DNA of 64,000 nucleotides from an uncultured Alphaproteobacteria bacterium (GTDB lineage Bacteria; Pseudomonadota; Alphaproteobacteria; RF32; CAG-239): NCBI GenBank assembly GCA_934248075.1, contig CAKQKH010000002.1, positions 47,224 to 111,223 of the forward strand, read 5' to 3'. Shown piece by piece: positions 61,525 to 64,000 of this stretch (position 1 is its first letter; each line of letters starts with the position of its first letter). The notes under the pieces were generated by a model. It saw only the letters and a program-made list of their open reading frames with translations, ran no database searches and was not told where the DNA came from. The position numbers and the translations under genes were made by a program.

Positions 61525-62832
61525 TTATCCCAAAGTTGCGGGCGGGACATCAAAGCCCTCGTCCTGATATTGTTTTAATTTGTTGCGCAGCGTGCGAATG
61601 GATATACCCAAAATATTGGCGGCAGTAGTGCGGTTTCCCAGCGTATGCTTGAGAGTGTCGATAATCAACTTGCGCTCCATGCCAGCCACAGTCTGCCCCA
61701 CTGCCGGAGCGGCTTCGCTTTCTGCTTCCTTATGTGTTTGAGGCAACATAATTGCCTCCACCCCGATATCATCACCGGTAGTCATCAGCACCGCGCGGTG
61801 CATGGTGTTTTCCAGTTCACGAACATTGCCCGGCCACTCATAAGTCAATAAAGCCTTTTCCGCCTCTGCCGACAAATCTTTCATCGGCAGTTCATTGAGT
61901 TCGGAATATTTTTTGATAAAATGCTTGGCCAAAACAATAATATCGCCTTTACGCTCTTTCAAATCCGGAATGTTAAGACTGATAACATTAAGACGATAAT
62001 ACAAATCTTGACGGAACGTGCCGTTAGCCACCGCAGCTTCAAGATCGCGGTTAGATGTGGCGATAATGCGAGTATTAACCTTAATCGGAGCTTTACCGCC
62101 GATGCGATCAATCTCTTTTTCTTGAATTGCGCGCAGCAATTTGGCCTGAATGCCAATGTCCATCTCTGATATTTCATCTAACAGCAAAGTGCCGTCGGAG
62201 GCTTCCTCAAACTTGCCGATACGTCTGGCCACCGCGCCGGTAAATGCCCCTTTTTCATAACCAAACAACTCTGACTCCAGAAGAGTTTCCGGAATGGCGG
62301 CACAGTTCACGGCCACAAATTTCTTGTTGGCGCGCTTGGAGTTATCATGAATGAAGCGAGAAAAAATTTCCTTACCGGTACCGGACGAGCCAGTCAACAG
62401 CACGCTTGCTTCCGAGGGAGCAATCTGTTTGGCAATTTTTAAGATGTTTTCGGTTTTCTTATCACCATAAATCAGAGCATGATTCTCTCTGGTGGCGGCG
62501 GCCAAAACAGCTCCGATTAACTCCGGATCAGGCGGCAGAGGGATATATTCCTTAGCTCCGGCTTTAATCGCTTTGACTGCCAACGAAGTATCATTGGCCA
62601 CACCACAGGCAACCACCAAAACATTAATACGTTCTTGTTGCAATGAAGAGATAAATTTGTGGATATCAAGTTTGACATCAATCATAACCAGTTCCACCGT
62701 CTTGCCGGAGCGCAAAATATCCAGCGCTTTTTCCACGGTATCGGCCAAACAAACCTGCCCGCCCTGAGCAATCGCAATCTTGCTGGCGGCGCCAATCTGA
62801 CCTTCTAGAGTTCCGACAATCAATATCTCCAT
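61525..62832 (-). CDS. flbD: Sigma-54-dependent transcriptional activator (FlbD/FleQ-like)
   Basis: AAA+ sigma-54 interaction domain (GSSGTGKE, ESELFGYEKGAFTGA and a GAFTGA-like motif) plus a C-terminal Fis HTH. The N-terminal receiver-like domain is atypical. Confidence 0.85.
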   Translation of the reverse strand: MEILIVGTLEGQIGAASKIAIAQGGQVCLADTVEKALDILRSGKTVELVMIDVKLDIHKFISSLQQERINVLVVACGVANDTSLAVKAIKAGAKEYIPLPPDPELIGAVLAAATRENHALIYGDKKTENILKIAKQIAPSEASVLLTGSSGTGKEIFSRFIHDNSKRANKKFVAVNCAAIPETLLESELFGYEKGAFTGAVARRIGKFEEASDGTLLLDEISEMDIGIQAKLLRAIQEKEIDRIGGKAPIKVNTRIIATSNRDLEAAVANGTFRQDLYYRLNVISLNIPDLKERKGDIIVLAKHFIKKYSELNELPMKDLSAEAEKALLTYEWPGNVRELENTMHRAVLMTTGDDIGVEAIMLPQTHKEAESEAAPAVGQTVAGMERKLIIDTLKHTLGNRTTAANILGISIRTLRNKLKQYQDEGFDVPPATLG

Positions 62833-62850
62833 TAGCTTAACTCTCTCGGA

Positions 62851-63204
62851 CTATTTATTATTTGATTTTACAATCTCGGTCATGGTGATGCCCAATTTGT
62901 CGTCAACAACCACAACCTCACCACGAGCAACCAGATTGTTGTTTACATAAATATCTATGGCCTCACCGACTTTGCGATCAAGCTCGATAATCGCACCTTT
63001 ATTCAGCTTCATCAGCTGGCTGACGGTCATATGAGTTTTGCCCAAAATCGCCGATACTTTAACCGGAATATTATATACCGCCTCCAAGTCACTGGTGGAG
63101 GTTGGAATATCAAAGTCTTCCATTCCGGAATCTTTGCGGAGAATCGGCTCATCATCCAAAGCCTGACTCTCGTTCATCTCATCTAGTTCCAAATTCTTGT
63201 CCAT
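62851..63204 (-). CDS. fliN: Flagellar motor switch protein FliN
   Basis: SpoA domain: VSAILGKTHMTVSQLMKLNKGAIIELDRKVGEAIDIYVNNNLVARGEVVVVDDKLGI. Confidence 0.85.
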   Translation of the reverse strand: MDKNLELDEMNESQALDDEPILRKDSGMEDFDIPTSTSDLEAVYNIPVKVSAILGKTHMTVSQLMKLNKGAIIELDRKVGEAIDIYVNNNLVARGEVVVVDDKLGITMTEIVKSNNK

Positions 63205-63215
63205 TGTCCCTCTCT

Positions 63216-63971
63216 TTATTGGTTTAACAATTCTTCTACATTATTCAAAACTTGTTCGGTGCTGCGGGCTACGCCGCCGTTTTTCCATTCAACCAGACAA
63301 TCGCTCATCCCCAAATTAATATCTTTGTGAACAGCGATTTTGCCTTCAAAATCATTTTTTTCCGCCAGCTTGGAAAGCAACGGAGCCACAACCGCCGCCA
63401 TCTCGGGATTAAAACTGAAGGATAAAGCTTTCTCGTTCTTAAAACGAGCAAAATTATCACTCAAAAAAGCTTCAACCTCCTCTTTGGCGACGTCAGCCTC
63501 CAAATTCGGCAGTAACTTGCGCACCAGTTCCAAAGCAAACTTAAGAGCATTTTGCTCATTCTGCCGGCGATCCTCGCTCTGATCCGCCAACAACGTCAGC
63601 AATTTGCCGTTTATTTCCTCCAACACGGCTTGCTGTTGCTTTTGCTCATCAGAAGAAGCTTTGGCAAAACCCTGATTGTAGCCTCGTTCCTCCGCCGCGG
63701 CCACCGCCGCATCTAAATCATCTTGCGAGTAGCTCGGAGCCTTTATCTCCGGCTCTTTGTTTTCCGGTTCTTCAGCATCATCTTTAGCAGCGGCAACTTC
63801 CGTTTCTGTGTCGGCAACTTCAGTTGTTGTGTCTTCAGTCACGGCCTGACTATCTTCGACCGCTTCCGTATCTACAAGCTGCTCTTCAACATCTAGCGGC
63901 TCTGCGACGCATTTATCGTCATCGCAGGATATTACAAAATTATCAAACATAAATTTTTGATATTGTGCCAC
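63216..63971 (-). CDS. fliH: Flagellar assembly protein FliH-like
   Basis: Acidic N-terminus. The C-terminal block KIAVHKDINLGMSDCLVEWKNGGVARSTEQVLNNVEELL fits the FliH C-terminus pattern (GGC..e...G.vDas...rl). Confidence 0.55.
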   Translation of the reverse strand: MAQYQKFMFDNFVISCDDDKCVAEPLDVEEQLVDTEAVEDSQAVTEDTTTEVADTETEVAAAKDDAEEPENKEPEIKAPSYSQDDLDAAVAAAEERGYNQGFAKASSDEQKQQQAVLEEINGKLLTLLADQSEDRRQNEQNALKFALELVRKLLPNLEADVAKEEVEAFLSDNFARFKNEKALSFSFNPEMAAVVAPLLSKLAEKNDFEGKIAVHKDINLGMSDCLVEWKNGGVARSTEQVLNNVEELLNQ

Positions 63972-64000
63972 CTGATGTTTCCTCTATCAACCTTAATATA

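Overview
This 64-kb window is chromosomal DNA from an alphaproteobacterium. The supporting markers are a PopZ homologue, a DUF1013 protein, FtsL, an mraZ-rsmH-ftsL-ftsI block and an FlbD-type sigma-54 flagellar regulator. GC content looks moderate and gene density is high. The genome also carries mosaic palindromic repeat elements of the kind found in Rickettsiales and Holosporales.

Most of the window is housekeeping:
- asnS, rpoH, prmC, clpB, eno, valS, glgP, argS, gap, pgk, gltX, recN, bamD and lpxC
- rnpB (RNase P RNA), which carries no protein signal and is visible only as RNA
- mraZ-rsmH-ftsL-ftsI, then rpmE, efp and zapA, with a candidate 6S RNA downstream of zapA
- a flagellin gene and a class II flagellar operon (fliH-fliN-flbD-flhA-flhF-flhG-fliK-like)

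The clearly accessory segment is about 20.1-27.0 kb.
- It holds a 776-aa orphan protein with DNSDP repeats.
- Next comes a cluster of mosaic palindromic repeats.
- It ends with a tightly coupled four-gene minus-strand module.
- In that module two signal-peptide, cysteine-rich proteins precede a tandem pair of Pol-beta-superfamily nucleotidyltransferase paralogues. One cysteine-rich protein carries a phage tail-collar (MdpB-like) domain.
- One nucleotidyltransferase has an intact GS...DxDxE motif and the other has lost it.
- I consider this module the best candidate for an undescribed system.

Other points worth a second look:
- The same repeat families recur downstream of ftsI, where the dcw cluster is cut short, and between flagellin and the DUF1013 gene.
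- Three TGGGA direct repeats at 10-bp spacing sit upstream of mraZ and fit an MraZ operator.
- popZ contains a pure (PE)n hexanucleotide microsatellite.
- A J-domain membrane protein is embedded in the flagellar operon.

All calls rest on reading the translated ORFs and the DNA by eye. No database searches were run.
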